Below the pieces are notes generated by a model. It made no database searches. It had not been told where the DNA came from and worked only from the letters and a program-made list of their open reading frames with translations. A program made the position numbers and the translations under genes. A stretch of 64,000 bases of DNA from Paraspadella gotoi (Eukaryota; Animalia; Chaetognatha): positions 27,120,611 through 27,184,610 of the forward strand of contig CM119263.1 in the NCBI GenBank assembly GCA_051294375.1, read 5' to 3'. The stretch's first letter is position 1. Each line of letters starts with the position of its first letter. Positions 37,181 through 51,331 of the stretch are shown here, in pieces.

Positions 37181-37771
37181 AATAGGGGCGGGGGTTCAAA
37201 ACTTTATTCTTGAAGTCTACTTTAAGGTAAAAAAGAATTTTTTAAAAAAAGTTCGATTTTAATGCTTTTATTGTTGCTATTAAAATTACAATATTACTAT
37301 ATAATGATAAAAAAAAAATTTTTAATCAATTCTTAACTTTTTTTGATGGATTCTGATAGAGCATAAAAAGTTAAATAAAAAATTTAACACAACTTTCCAA
37401 AATATTTATGTTTTCTTGGTCAAAATTAAGAAAAAGTAATAAAATTATCGAAAAATGATGATGATGATGATTATAAATAGTTTTTTCATATTTTTCACAT
37501 ACTTATGATTAAAATATCGAAAAAGAATTATACTTTGTGTAGACAACTTTTTGCAAGCTACCTGAATCTGATCTTAAAAATCAAAAAATCAAAAAAAAAA
37601 TTTTTAGCCTTTCCTATTTAGAAATAATATTTTAAAAATTAATATATTGAGTATGGAGTAATATAAAAAAATTGTCTATTCAAATTTTTTTAAAAATGTC
37701 TAAATTTTTCGTTTGAGCAGGTGCTTAATTCAATTTCTTAACCACCTTACTGAGTTAGTCTCCCCCTATTA
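37181..37771 (-). mobile_element. MITE family 2 copy with short AATAGGGG/CCCCTATT ends
   Basis: Inverted homolog of 8388-8870; AATAGGGG at 37181 and CCCCTATT near 37763-37770. Confidence 0.55.
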
Positions 37772-38400
37772 ATAGGACTGTTCTTTTGTTTCAGAAAAGA
37801 TTTACAAAGATTGCTTGAAAATTACCACTATAGACGAAACAAGGTTAAAGTTATCGATTAAAATATTCAATCATTAAAGAATGCGACAATTCTCTTGAGA
37901 ACTAAATTTTTCGAACAGTAGATCTTAGAAAATAAAATTCTTTCTACGTTCGTTAAACATGGCATTAATGTCACAGTAACCAAATAAAATAAGGTTCCTT
38001 TTAGTTCTGTAGACTTTTCGTCTGTCTTTCGTCAGCGGATTTCGTTCGCGAAGATGAAAACATAAAAATATTAACATAAGTAATCATTTTATTTCCATTT
38101 TCCGGCGTTGGATCGATTTTCCGAGCTCGAAGACGTCAGAAAGTCACGTGACTAGGAACGAAGATAATTTTTGTGTCGGTGTCGATTTATTTTGTTTCAG
38201 AGAGAGGCAGGGGCAGGGGCAGGGGCAGGGGTAGGGACAGGGGCAGGGGCGTGTTTCTTATATAAAGCTTAGATTGAATATTTCTTTCATGCTTTTTATA
38301 GGTAAAAGTTTTCTTTTTCTTTTGACCCTTGCTAATATTTTTATTAATATTTTAGGAAAAAACAGTTTTGGTGGTAAACAACGATTTTTAATTGACAAAA

Positions 38401-38450
38401 TAGTCGGATATGTTTCGACTCTTGTTTTTGCGAGTCTTCATCGTTGTTTG
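38401..38450 (-). pseudogene. Degenerate hammerhead-like motif (duplicated at ~42033-42082)
   Basis: Minus strand: ACGATGA-A-GACTC-loop-GAGTC-GAAA-CATA-TC. Stem II and GAAA are preserved; the CUGA core and stem I are mutated. Confidence 0.45.
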
Positions 38451-39002
38451 CCACCAAACTGTTTTTTTTCTTAATTCCGAAACGCAACGAAAAGAGAGAA
38501 AATTAATAATGTCTATTAATATTTGAAAATCTAAATCTTAAAATAGTGAAACAATGTAATTTTGCAATTTTCCTAAGGATTATACTTTCCAACATTTTGT
38601 AAAAACTTTAAATTGATTTTTAAAAACTTTTTTAAAATTTTTTAGAAACTAACCCTATCTTATGTGAAAGGATCAGTTTAAATTACCCCTTAAAGGTCGC
38701 GACATTACTCGAACTTGTAATAACTTAAACGAATTGATTATTAAAAGAAGAGGAACTTATTAACAGTTACTATCAGAGGTGTCCAAAGACCAAAGGCAAA
38801 CACCTTTGTCGGTCGGTCGGTCGGTAATAAAATAAGGACCAGTTTCCTCGGCAGCGAAACTTACCTTACTTCATGCCTTAGCTGCCGGAGAATATAAAAA
38901 AATATATTTTTTTCTATTTTACAAAACAACTGTTAAAAATAAAATAACATTTCTTATTCAAACTCTAACCGTTCGATGAACCGCCTTAAACTGCTTGAGA
39001 AG

Positions 39003-39105
<103 letters not shown>

Positions 39106-39457
39106 CTTTTTCCTCTACCACTTTCGAATTCTACCCCTCGACGCGCAATTTTCTCCACCCATCTTACCCCACTCCCACCTTCCCACCCACCTTCCCCTTC
39201 TTCACCCCCTTCGCCCCAAAAGCGACGACCACCAACTCTCGTCTCTCTCGACCCAACGAGGCGAATTCTTTTCATTTTTCACTTTCACTTTCTTCGGCCT
39301 AATTTACGTAACGCCGAAGTCGAATCGGCTCCTCATCGCGTCGTTTAGAAATTGAGGAGTCGACGAATGAATAGCGCCGACGACGCCGATGCTCGAACGA
39401 TTTCTCCGCGGCGCTCCTTTTTTTTCTGCTTTTCTTTATGACATTTTTTTTCAAGCG

Positions 39458-39540
<83 letters not shown>

Positions 39541-39849
39541 CTCATATCTAAACCCGCAATCATAGTATGTTTTTCCCGCTCTGTTCCCTCTTCTTTTTCT
39601 TCGCTTTCTTTATTTCGTATCCAATGTCTTCTTTTACTTTTTTTTTTTTGTCGTTTTTTACAACAATTTTTTTTAAAATTCAATAAAATGTATTTATTAA
39701 TATTTAATCTAAGTTACTTTACTTAAATAAATCGTTCTCTATCCCGTCTTTAAATTAAAATATTCTAGAACCTATCTTTCCTTCCTTCTTTCCTCACCCT
39801 CCTTTTCTTCCGCGCCACACGCGCCTCTCTCTCTCTCTCTCTCTCCCTT

Positions 39850-39902
<53 letters not shown>

Positions 39903-41365
39903 GTTTGACTTTTTTAAGTCATATGGAAACCCGAGTTTTAATCAAAATCGAACAAGAAAAAGAGAGAATACAGAAAAGGTTAGAAAAGGTTAAAACGACC
40001 AAATCTGACGTTTAGTTCTCATTAGTTTAGCAATTTGACACAAGTAAGGTAAGGGTGGAGGGAAAGTAAAAAGATGACAGAAATATTTCAAATCCCTTGA
40101 AAAATTAAAAAGTTACCGAAGCTGTCATTTCCCTCAAAATCAAGCCGTTGACACTGACGACGAGGTGATTGCCAACGACGACGACGACGGACACGACGAC
40201 AAAGACGATTGACACCACGAGAAGAGAACGTAATCCCTGGAAAACACCCGGAAGAGAGAAAAATATGAGAAAATTGGAGCGGGAAGGAAAAAAAAGGGGT
40301 TCGTTGTTTGAATTGCGGATTGGTTATTAGAAATGGGTAAGGACTTGGATGGAGTGACAACGTTAGTCTTTAGAAAAGGCATGGACTCAGGAAAAATGTG
40401 AAATATGGTGATTTGCTGGATTTAAAACGAGAAAGTTTTTTTTAATAGTCAACAACGATGAGATATATTTTAAATAAAATAGAAGATTGGGAAGAAACCT
40501 CAAACAAACGTCCTCGGGTAAGAAAAAATGAAAAAAGAAAGAGTAGAATAAGACGCACTTCATTGAAAATCTCGCGCGCAGAAAGAATGTTTGCACCAAG
40601 CGAGACCGATTTCTCGTTCATGTTTGTGCGCGTCGAAGTCGAGAGGCGAAAGGACAAAAAGCCAGAAGACAAGGTTTAAGAGGCGAAATGTCGAAAGAGA
40701 CGAATCTGAAAAGGCGAGAAGCTGGCAAAAAGAAAAATGTGGGGAAAGCAATTTGGCGCGAATTTGAATTCGGCTTCGAAGAGCGAGATCTTCGACCGTG
40801 AAGGGAATTGGGAAACGAAAGGAGAAAGATAAAAAAAAGAAAGAAAAATGAAAGGAAAAAAAAAGAGAGAAAAAGAGACGAAAGAAATTGGAACGGTATG
40901 AAAAAACCGAAATAAAACAATTGTAAAAACATGGAAGGCAGTATCAATGAGAATTTATTTAAAAATAGGGAAGAAAAAGAAAGAAATAAGGTGATGAAGA
41001 GTAAAAATGCTCAGAGGAAAATGATTTATGCACAAAAAAAAATAAAAAGAAAACTAGAAAAGAAATCGAAAATGCGGAGACGCTGGTGCAACCAAGCAAG
41101 GAGCGACACTCGATAAATCAGGGTTGAGAAGCGTTGGGCCTTTTGAAAGCTGGTAGTTGGAAAGTTGGGGCTTATAAAAGCTTGCAGGCTTATACAAGCT
41201 TGGGAGCAGTTGAAAGCTAGTAACCGCAAGGCGAAACGGCAGGAACGATCCAAATACGAGAATTTAATGAGAAAGTAAAAAACAGTGCGAATAAAAACAA
41301 GTTAAACAACAAAGACTAGTGAAGCTTTTTGTGTGCCATTNNNNNNNNNNNNNNNNNNNNNNNNN

Positions 41366-42643
41366 TTCTTAACCACCTTACTGAGTTAGTCTCCCCCTAT
41401 TAATAGGACTGTTCTTTTGTTTCAGAAAAGATTTACAAAGATTGCTTGAAAATTACCACTATAGACGAAACAAGGTTAAAGTTATCGATTAAAATATTTC
41501 AATCATTAAAGAATGCGACAATTCTCTTGAGAACTAAATTTTTCGAACAGTAGATCTTAGAAATAAAATTCTTTCTACGTTCGTTAAACATGGCATTAAT
41601 GTCACAGTAACCAAATAAAATAAGGTTCATTTTAGTTCTGTAGACTTTTCGTCTGTCTTTCGTCAGCGGATTTCGTTCGCGAAGATGAAAACATAAAAAT
41701 ATTAACATAAGTAATCATTTTATTTCCATTTTCCGGCGTTGGATCGATTTTCCGAGCTCGAAGACGTCAGAAAGTCACGTGACTAGGAACGAAGATAATT
41801 TTTGTGTCGGTGTCGATTTATTTTGTTTCAGAGAGAGGCAGGGGCAGGGGCAGGGGCAGGGGTAGGGACAGGGCAGGGGCGTGTTTCTTATATAAAGCTT
41901 AGATTGAATATTTCTTTCATGCTTTTTATAGGTAAAAGTTTTCTTTTTCTTCTTTTGACCCTTGCTAATATTTTTATTAATATTTTAGGAAAAAACAGTT
42001 TTGGTGGTAAACAACGATTTTTAATTGACAAAATAGTCGGATATGTTTCGACTCTTGTTTTTGCGAGTCTTCATCGTTGTTTGCCACCAAAACTGTTTTT
42101 TTCTTAAATTCCGAAACGCAACGAAAAGAGAGAAAATTAATAATGTCTATTAATATTTGAAAATCTAAATCTTAAAATAGTGAAACAAGTAATTTTGCAA
42201 TTTTCCTAAGGATTTATACTTTCCAACATTTTGTAAAAACTTTGAATTGATTTTTAAAAACTTTTTTAAAATTTTTTAGAAAACTAACCCTATCTTATGT
42301 GAAAGGATCAGTTAAATTACCCCTTAAAGGTCGCGACATTACTCGAACTTGTAATAACTTAAACGAATTGATTATTAAAAGAAGAGGAACTTATTAACAG
42401 TTACTATCAGAGGTGTCCAAAGACCAAAGGCAAACACCTTTGGTCGGTCGGTCGGTCGGTCGGTCGGGAATAAAACAAGGACCAGTTTCCTCGGCAGCGA
42501 AACTTACCTTACTTCATGCCTTAGCTGCCGAGAAATATAAAAAAATATATTTTTTTCTATTTTACAAAACAACTGTAAAATAAAATAACATTTCTTATTC
42601 AAACTCTAACCGTTCGATGAACCGCCTTAAACTGCTTGAGAAG

Positions 42644-42689
<46 letters not shown>

Positions 42690-43124
42690 TTTTTCTTTTT
42701 TCCTCTACCACTTTCGAATTCTACCCCTCGACGCGCAATTTTCTCCACCCATCTTACCCCGCTCCCACCTTCCCACTCCCACCTTCCCCTTCTTCACCCC
42801 CTTCGCCCCAAAAGTGACGACCACCAACTCTCGTCTCTCTCGACCCAACGAGGCGAATTCTTTTCATTTTTCACTTTCACTTTCTTCGGCCTAATTGCGT
42901 AACGCCGAAGTCGAATCGGCTCCTCATCGGCGTCGTTTAGAAATTGAGGAGTCGACGAATGAATAGCGCCGACGACGCCGATGCTCGAACGATTTCTCCG
43001 GCGGCGCTCCTTTTTTTCTGCTTTTCTTTATGACATTTTTTTTCAAGCGCTTCTCTCTTATCTTCTTTTTGCTTCTCTCTCTCTCTCTCTCCTCTCTTTA
43101 TCTATTCTCTCTCTCTCTCTCTCT

Positions 43125-43190
<66 letters not shown>

Positions 43191-43520
43191 TCTCTCTCTC
43201 TCTCCCATATCTAAACCGCAATCAGTAGTAATGGTTTTCCCGCTCTGTTCCCTCTTTCTTTTTTTCTTTCCGCTTTCTTTATTTCGTATCCAATGTCTTC
43301 TTTTACTTTTTTTTTATTGTCGTTTTTTACAACAATTTTTTTTAAAATTCAATAAAATGTATTTATTATATGTTAATCTAAGTTACTTTACTTAAATTAA
43401 ATCGTTCTCTATTCCCGTCTTTAAATTAAAAATTCTAGAAACCTATCTTTCCTTCCTTCTTTCCTCACCCTCCTTTTCTTCCGCGCCACACGCGCCTCTC
43501 TCTCTCTCTCTCTCTCCCTT

Positions 43521-43574
<54 letters not shown>

Positions 43575-44973
43575 GTTTGACTTTTTTAAGTCATATGGAA
43601 ACCCGAGTTTTTAATCAAAATCGAACAAGAAAAAAGAGAGAATACAGAAAAGGTTAGAAAAGGTTAAAACGACCAAATCTGACGTTTAGTTCTCATTAGT
43701 TTAGCAATTTGACACAAGTAAGGTAAGGGTGGAGGGAAAGTAAAAAGATGACAGAAATATTTCAAATCCCTTGAAAATTAAAAGAATTACCGAAGCTGTC
43801 ATTTCCCTCTAAATCAAGCGTTGACACTGACGACGAGGTGATTGCCAACGACGACGACGACGACGACAAAGACGATGACACCAACGAGAAGAGAAACTAA
43901 TCCTGAAAAACCCGCGAAGAGAGAAAAATATAGAAAATTGGAGGTAGAAAAAAAAGGGTTCGTTGTTTTGAGATTCGCTGTTGGGTTATTGGAAATGGGG
44001 TAAGGATTGGATGAGTGACAACTTAGTCTTTAAAAAGGATGACTCAGGAAAAGATGGAAATATGTGTGATTTGCTGGATTTAAAACAGAATGTTTTTTTT
44101 AATAGTCAACAACGATGAGATATATTTAAATAAATAGAAGGATTGGGGAAGAAACCCTCGAAACAAACGTCCTCGGGTAAAAAAATGGAAAAGAAAGAAG
44201 TAAGAAATAAACGCGACTTCATTGAAAATCTCGCGCAGAAAAATGTTGCACCAACTGAGGACCGATTTCTCGTTCATGTTTTGCGGCTCGAAGGTCGAGA
44301 GGCGAAAGGGGAAAAAGCCAAAGACGAAGGTTTAAAGGCGAAATGTCGAAAGACGAATCTGAAAAGGCGAAAGTCAAAAAGAGAAAATGTGGAAAGCAAT
44401 TTGGCGCGAATTTGGAATTCGCTTCGAAGAGACGAGATCTTCGACCGGTGGAAGGGAATTGGGAAACGAAAGGAGAAAGATGAAAAAAGGAAAGAAAAAT
44501 GAGAAGAAAAAAAAAAGACGAGAAAAGAGAGAAAGAAAATTGAACGGTATGAAAAACCGAAATAAAACAATTAAAAAATGGAAGAGTATAATGAGAAATT
44601 ATTTAAAAATAGGGAAAAAAAAGAAAGGAAAAAGTGATGAAGAGTAAAAAAGCTCAGAGGGAAAATGATTTATGCAAAAAAAAAAAAAAAAATAGAAAGA
44701 ATCGAAAATGCGGAGACGTCGCACCAAGCAGAGGAGCGACACTCGTAAATCAGGGTAGAGCGTTGGGCCTTTTGAAAGCTGGGTAGGTTTGGAAAGCTTT
44801 GGGGGCTTATAAAGCTTGGCAGGCTTATAAAGCTTGGGAGGCATTGGAAGCTTGTAACCGCAAGGCGAAACGGAGGAACGATCAAATACGAAGATTTAAT
44901 TGAGAAAGTAAAAAACAGTTGCGAATAAAAACAAGTTAAACAACAAGACTAGTGAAGCTTTTTTGTGTGCCAT
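41366..44973 (+). repeat. Tandem duplicate of 37735-41338 across a 25-N gap
   Basis: Begins TTCTTAACCACCTTACTGAG as at 37735 and ends GTGTGCCAT as at 41338; the differences are mostly indels. Confidence 0.9.
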
Positions 44974-45444
44974 GCCTTGTTGACATCCATGCCGTGTTCT
45001 CTCTTTTTTATCTTTATTTCTTCCCTTTCTCTCCTTAAATCTTTTTTTAATTTTAGTTTTACGACGCCATTAGAAGAGAATCGGCAAAAGGTTAGGCTTG
45101 AAAAGGTACTGGCAAAAAAATCTCGTAAAAAGAGCCATAAAAATAAAAATAACAAAGATAAGAAAAGATAAAAGATAATTGAAAAAAAAAGAAACGACAG
45201 GAAACAAACAGAATAAAAAAGAAAAATATAAATAATAATCAAAAGTCAAAGAAAAAAGAACCAAAATATATAACAATATTGATTAATTATGATACTTAGA
45301 CTTAGATTTGATGTTCACCGATAAAATCTCTCTTCAAATCGTAACTTTTCGCCCGCAAACAGAAACCAGGACCCAAACGATGAAAAGAAATTGACTCTTC
45401 GGTTCCATTTAATTCCGATGGAACGAAGAAGAACCCATCAAGGC

Positions 45445-45477
<33 letters not shown>

Positions 45478-45807
45478 TGTCATCAATGAGTCACCGACGG
45501 AATCTTCCTCGACCTACAACGACCAAAGACAACGACAACAACAAACTCGTCCTTGTCGTCTCGATCTTTGTCGTCAACGTTCGCCGGAAGTGAATCGGAA
45601 TTAAGACGCGCGACGAGTCAAACGCTGGTGATAAGGGATTTAAAGGAAATATGTAGATTTAATCAATTATGATGTCAATTTTTTTTAAAAATCCAATGAT
45701 AATTAAACACTAAAATATTTGTACACTTTTGCTTCACCAAAGATTTTCGGAGAAGAAAATCAGGCTAATCTCTGTAGATCGAGAGCATTAAAATAAAAGA
45801 AATTATA

Positions 45808-45875
45808 TGAGTCTCGAACCCGCGACTTTCAGCCGCAGCTCCGCGGCGTTGCCTTTGACCACGTCGTCCGTCCAG
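45808..45875 (-). pseudogene. tRNA-like sequence (tRNA-derived SINE head or tRNA pseudogene)
   Basis: Minus strand GGACGGACGACGTGGTCAAAGGC...GTCGCGGGTTCGAGACTC has A-box-like and B-box (GGTTCGA) motifs at tRNA-like spacing. The acceptor stem does not close. Confidence 0.4.
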
Positions 45876-46670
45876 TCAAGTCATTGAGGTGACGTTCATC
45901 CGTCATTTCACGCCAACTGACGTCACGAAACTCTTACTTTTGAAATTGTTATGTTTTTGTTCTTCATTACCGTTGTTATCTCAAATAAAGAGATATTGTC
46001 TCCTAAAGCGGTCTCTTTACTTACCCTTCATAAATTTCAAGAATTTATTGGTATATTTTATGTCTTTAAAAACGGTCTCTATACGTCTCCTAAAGTCGGG
46101 CCTGCGATCAAATCCACATCTCGTCTCTCGTTTCTCATCACTAGTTACATAAATTTAACCCGCGATTCCCGTTTTTGTTTAAGATATGGGCCATATGGCC
46201 ATTGGGATCGACTGACTGACCAGTTAAGGTCAGAGGAAAAAAAGCGAAAAAAAAAACCCACAGCCTTTGCGAGCCGATGAGACGAAGAGTAAATATTCGC
46301 GCCGTTGACGCTAACGTCGCTTTTAGTCTTCGTTTTGGCGGAAAACTGACCAAAGAGGTTGGAGGGGGCCGCCGTTAGTCCGGTCCGGTCGATGCGCCGA
46401 AAATCGCGCCAACGAGATTTTTTTTCTTTTCTGAGGATCGTACGGAATGTCAGGGACACAAATATGGTTGAATATTCTTTTTTGGGGGGTTGCATATGGC
46501 CGAAAAACGTTCATGAAGATTAAGCGACTAAGCTTTTCTGAAAAGTGAGAAGAGAGTTGGTCGCAAGATTCAAGCAGCCTTGCGCGGAAAGTCGTGACCA
46601 AGAATGTAAGCCGCGAAATTTGTGATTTCGGCCGAGAGAAGTCGTGTGAATTCGAGATTGAGCCTCCGTC

Positions 46671-46714
<44 letters not shown>

Positions 46715-46781
46715 ATCGTCTCTCTCTCTCTTCTCTCTCTCTCTTCTCTCTTGCTCCTCTTCCTCTCACTTCTCTCCTCGC

Positions 46782-46812
<31 letters not shown>

Positions 46813-47589
46813 GGTTCGTAAACTCGTCCATAAAAGAAAGATACTCCACTATAACTGCACGCACTCGCGACCGCAGGCAAGAGTGATCCTGATCCACCAC
46901 ACTCGAGACCAGTAAATTCCGGGTGGGGTGAACGTAGACATGCTCCAACGATCCAGCAGCCAGAAATCAAGGATAGGACAATATACAATCTTGGCTTACC
47001 CAAGTACAATTGTTAATATGTTATTCTTCCACATCTCGTCACTAACTGCCCTTCTAGATAAAAGACTGAAGCAACTGTGGAAAGAATTAGTATATTATAA
47101 TATATATTACATAATTAATATTTAATTTAATACTTTGTTCTATCATCATCTAATTAGTATCATATGTGGGACTTGATCTAGGCCCGACTTTAGGAAACGT
47201 TACGAGACTGGCGTGGTTCGATACTCACTATAATAACTTGTATTTAAAGCTCTCGACTGATACATATATGAAATTAAAATTAAAAGTGAAAAATGTGAGA
47301 ATATGAAACCCCAAAGGGATAGAAGGAATTTCTAAGGTAGGGAAAAATAAAATTAAAGAATTTAAAAAGCATTTTGGGATTCTGTACAAGAAAATAAACG
47401 AAATAATGACCTGAATAAATTATTAATTTAACAAATTTGGCAAAAATTTTTTACTATGGAAATTGTGTATACAATACCTGCCTCTCAAAGCTCACAAGAA
47501 AGTAATGAGAAAATAAAATGCGTATTAACTGCCGAATATCTGCTACTTTACTTAAGCTCATTAATTCCCCATACCAAAGTCTCTCGCTC

Positions 47590-47635
<46 letters not shown>

Positions 47636-47771
47636 GATCACAGGGCAGGTCTTGATTCTCAAGTGTGCCTATATACGCGGCCGTTTGCCGCTTTCTCCAC
47701 TTCTCGCTCCTGACACCAAAGCTAACCACCTCCGCCATCTCTCTCTNNNNNNNNNNNNNNNNNNNNNNNNN

Positions 47772-48376
47772 TCTCTCTCTCTCTCGGTCGTAAACTTCGT
47801 CCATAAAAAGAATCGCAACGAGGAAGGGAGATACAATGAGATAACGTAAATGTAATTCAGAGAAAGATAGGAAACAATTTGTTAATATACAATGTAATAT
47901 GTATTTCTGAAACTGTTAGATAAAAATGAAACTGGGAAAGAATTATATATATAATTATATATTAATAATTAATATTTAATATTAATACTTTTTATATATC
48001 TAATTATATATATGTGGATTGGATCTAGGCCCGACTTTAGGAAACGTTTAGAGACGGGGGTTCGATACTCATATAATAACTTGTATTTTAATGCTCTCGA
48101 TATACATATATTGAAATTAAAATTAAAAGTGAAAAATGTGAGAATATGACAGAGAGAGATGAAGGTAGAAATAATAGAATAAAGCATTGATTGTTACAAG
48201 AAAAATAAAAGAAATAATGACCTGAATAAATTATAATTAACAAATTTGGCAAAATTTTACTATGTAAATTGTGTATGAAATACCTGCTCTCTCAAAGCTC
48301 GACAAGAAATAATGAGAAAAAAAATGGTTAAGGCAATATTGCTATTTACTTTAAGCCTCATTAATTCCCCATACCA

Positions 48377-48411
<35 letters not shown>
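47772..48411 (+). repeat. Duplicate of noisy block ~46800-47610 across a 25-N gap; related inverted copy at ~45940-46150
   Basis: Shared GATCTAGGCCCGACTTTAGGAAACGTT and ATTCCCCATACCAAAGTCTCTC. Confidence 0.75.
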
Positions 48412-49227
48412 NNNNNNNNNNNNNNNNNNNNNNNNNNNNNNNNNNNNNNNNNNNNNNNNNNNNNNNNNNNNNNNNNNNNNNNNNNNNNNNNNNNNNNNNN
48501 NNNNNNNNNNNNNNNNNNNNNNNNNNNNNNNNNNNNNNNNNNNNNNNNNNNNNNNNNNNNNNNNNNNNNNNNNNNNNNNNNNNNNNNNNNNNNNNNNNNN
48601 NNNNNNNNNNNNNNNNNNNNNNNNNNGCGCCGCGGGGTCTCCCTTCGCGATTCTCGGCGTCACGGGCCGCGGGCGACGGTCCTCATCTGTGACGGACAAA
48701 TCACTCTCGCTTCGAGTCGAACGCCGAACCGCGAAAAAGGAGAGAAGAGAAGAAAAGAAAAGAAAAGAAAAGAAAAGAAAAGAAAAGAAAAGAAAAGACA
48801 CAAAAGACAAGACACAAAAGACAAAATTGAAAAAGCACAAAAATGACAAGCGCGCCATGTTAATGAAAAGATCGTATTATCAAATTAAGATAGAAAAAAA
48901 TATGAACTATAAAGTAAACGTAAAGAAAGAACAAATGGTAATTAGTTTTATTCAAGATTTTAGACTTAAATTGTCAATCAAAGTCAGAAAAAAAAATCTT
49001 AGTTTCCATTTTTCCACTTTTTTATCCATAATGGTATTCTTCTTTGCTTTTCTTTCTTTTTTTCGATTTTCTTTTTTTTTTCCTTGTAATTTTTTTATCA
49101 CGATTTATTAGGCACAACAAGAACAAATAAATAATAGCTAGGTAAAGTATTTGCATCAAGAAAAAATACGGTAAATACAAAATCGATATCAGTGTTTTCC
49201 TTATATGATTTCCCTTCTTTCCTTTCA

Positions 49228-49325
49228 TTTCCTTTCCTTTCCTTTCCTTTCCTTTCCTTTCCTTTCCTTTCCTTTCCTTTCCTTTCCTTTCCTTTCCTTT
49301 CCTTTCCTTTTTTTTCCTTTCCTTT
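49228..49325. repeat. (TTTCC)n pentanucleotide microsatellite; (AAAAG)n at 48753-48797
   Basis: Direct reading. Confidence 0.9.
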
Positions 49326-50551
49326 CTTTTTTCCATTTTCTTCCATCTCTCCCGATTCCTTGCAATTCATTCTCATTTGGTACAATTGAACCCTTGACAC
49401 GGCGGCCTCGAATCTGTCTCGGCGCCATCTTTAAGACGAACATCTCTGACGTCATCGGCCCTTTTATCTATTCGTTTTAAGAATAATAATATTTATCAAT
49501 TTCATGGAATTCTTTATTCTCTTTGTTCACCTGTTTCAATAAATGAATAATATTTTTCTTAAATTTATTGTTAATCTTTCTTCTCTCTTTTTATTCCTTC
49601 CTTCTTTACTAAACTGCATCTCTTATCCTTCCGCTTCTCTTCAAAATCCTGGCGACGTCATCGACGCGACTCTCAAAACTCTCGCCGTGCGTCATGATGT
49701 GGTCGTGAAGGCGCGCGGATGACCAGTGGCCGAGAGATAGAAGGGAGGAAAGGAGAGGAGGAGGAAAGAGGTATGTTAAGGGAGACAAAGTTTAGAATAT
49801 AATAAATAGAGATGTTCCATATAGCAATATCTGATCGNNNNNNNNNNNNNNNNNNNNNNNNNNNNNNNNNNNNNNNNNNNNNNNNNNNNNNNNNNNNNNN
49901 NNNNNNNNNNNNNNNNNNNNNNNNNNNNNNNNNNNNNNNNNNNNNNNNNNNNNNNNNNNNNNNNNNNNNNNNNNNNNNNNNNNNNNNNNNNNNNNNNNNN
50001 NNNNNNNNNNNNNNNNNNNNNNNNNNNNNNNNNNNNNNNNNNNNNNNNNNNNNNNNNNNNNNNNNNNNNNNNNNNNNNNNNNNNNNNNNNNNNNNNNNNN
50101 NNNNNNNNNNNNNNNNNNNNNNNNNNNNNNNNNATAGGGGGGGAAGAGACAAAACTTAACGTCCTGCCCTGTATAAACTATTCGAGATCAATACTTTTCT
50201 CATCAAAGTTAAATCCTAGACAGTAGCTTTAAAACAGAACAGGGATCAATTTGTGACGTATCTTATACCTCAGTGATTATTTCAATATCACCTAAAAAGC
50301 CAGCCCACCACCGTTAAAACTGGCGTGAACACAAATCAGTAATAATCTTTGGCAGAAGCTTACAATGAAATTACTTAAACTAATGTATAAGTATCAAAGG
50401 TGAATCGGAAGAGGACAACAGACGGAAACAAGACGAAAGACAGACGCGACTCAATGTCTCAGGAAATCGGAAAATCCGCGTTGAAGAGAAAAAGAAAAAG
50501 AAATAAATGGAAGCGAAAGGAGATAATCGATTTCCTCGCCCTTTTAGCTGA

Positions 50552-50597
<46 letters not shown>

Positions 50598-51331
50598 GAA
50601 GACGACGGTAAGGATGGCGAAAACGCCTGGTAGGAGAGAGAGCGAGTTTTTTTTAAATGGTCCTAGTTTTAAGTCAGAATCTAAACGAGACGATGATTTG
50701 AAAAAAAGGAAAAAGATCATCTATGTACTATAGTAGTAGGTCTAGGTTTACAGCGGACAAAAATATATACGATTATACTTAACAGGAGAACTTACTCTCT
50801 ATCTATCTATCTNNNNNNNNNNNNNNNNNNNNNNNNNNNNNNNNNNNNNNNNNNNNNNNNNNNNNNNNNNNNNNNNNNNNNNNNNNNNNNNNNNNNNNNN
50901 NNNNNNNNNNNNNNNNNNNNNNNNNNNNNNNNNNNNNNNNNNNNNNNNNNNNNNNNNNNNNNNNNNNNNNNNNNNNNNNNNNNNNNNNNNNNNNNNNNNN
51001 NNNNNNNNNNNNNNNNNNNNNNNNNNNNNNNNNNNNNNNNNNNNNNNNNNNNNNNNNNNNNNNNNNNNNNNNNNNNNNNNNNNNNNNNNNNNNNNNNNNN
51101 NNNNNNNNNNNNNNNNNNNNNNNNNNNNNNNNNNNNNNNNNNNNNNNNCGGCTTCAAAATTTCTCCGGCGAAAAAGTCTCTCTCAAAACCTGGAATCACT
51201 TTTCCCTCTTCCTCCTCCTCCTCCTCCTCCTCCTCGCTCTCAACCTTTTTTCCATTTGAAAAGAAACGCGATTCCGACGAAGAAAAGGTCTGCGCGTCTC
51301 TCGTGAATTGTGGGCGTGACCGAGTCTCCGA

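Noticed and set aside
44770-44855. 18-bp repeat translating as PKLYKP on the minus strand (also ~41145-41220)
   Set aside because: Only about four units in indel-noisy duplicated sequence; frame not conserved between copies.
46850-46990. GC-balanced patch with GGGGTGAAC reminiscent of SRP RNA
   Set aside because: No SRP helix-8 motif; it replaces ordinary sequence in the cleaner duplicate (47810-47880), so it is probably a low-quality read segment.
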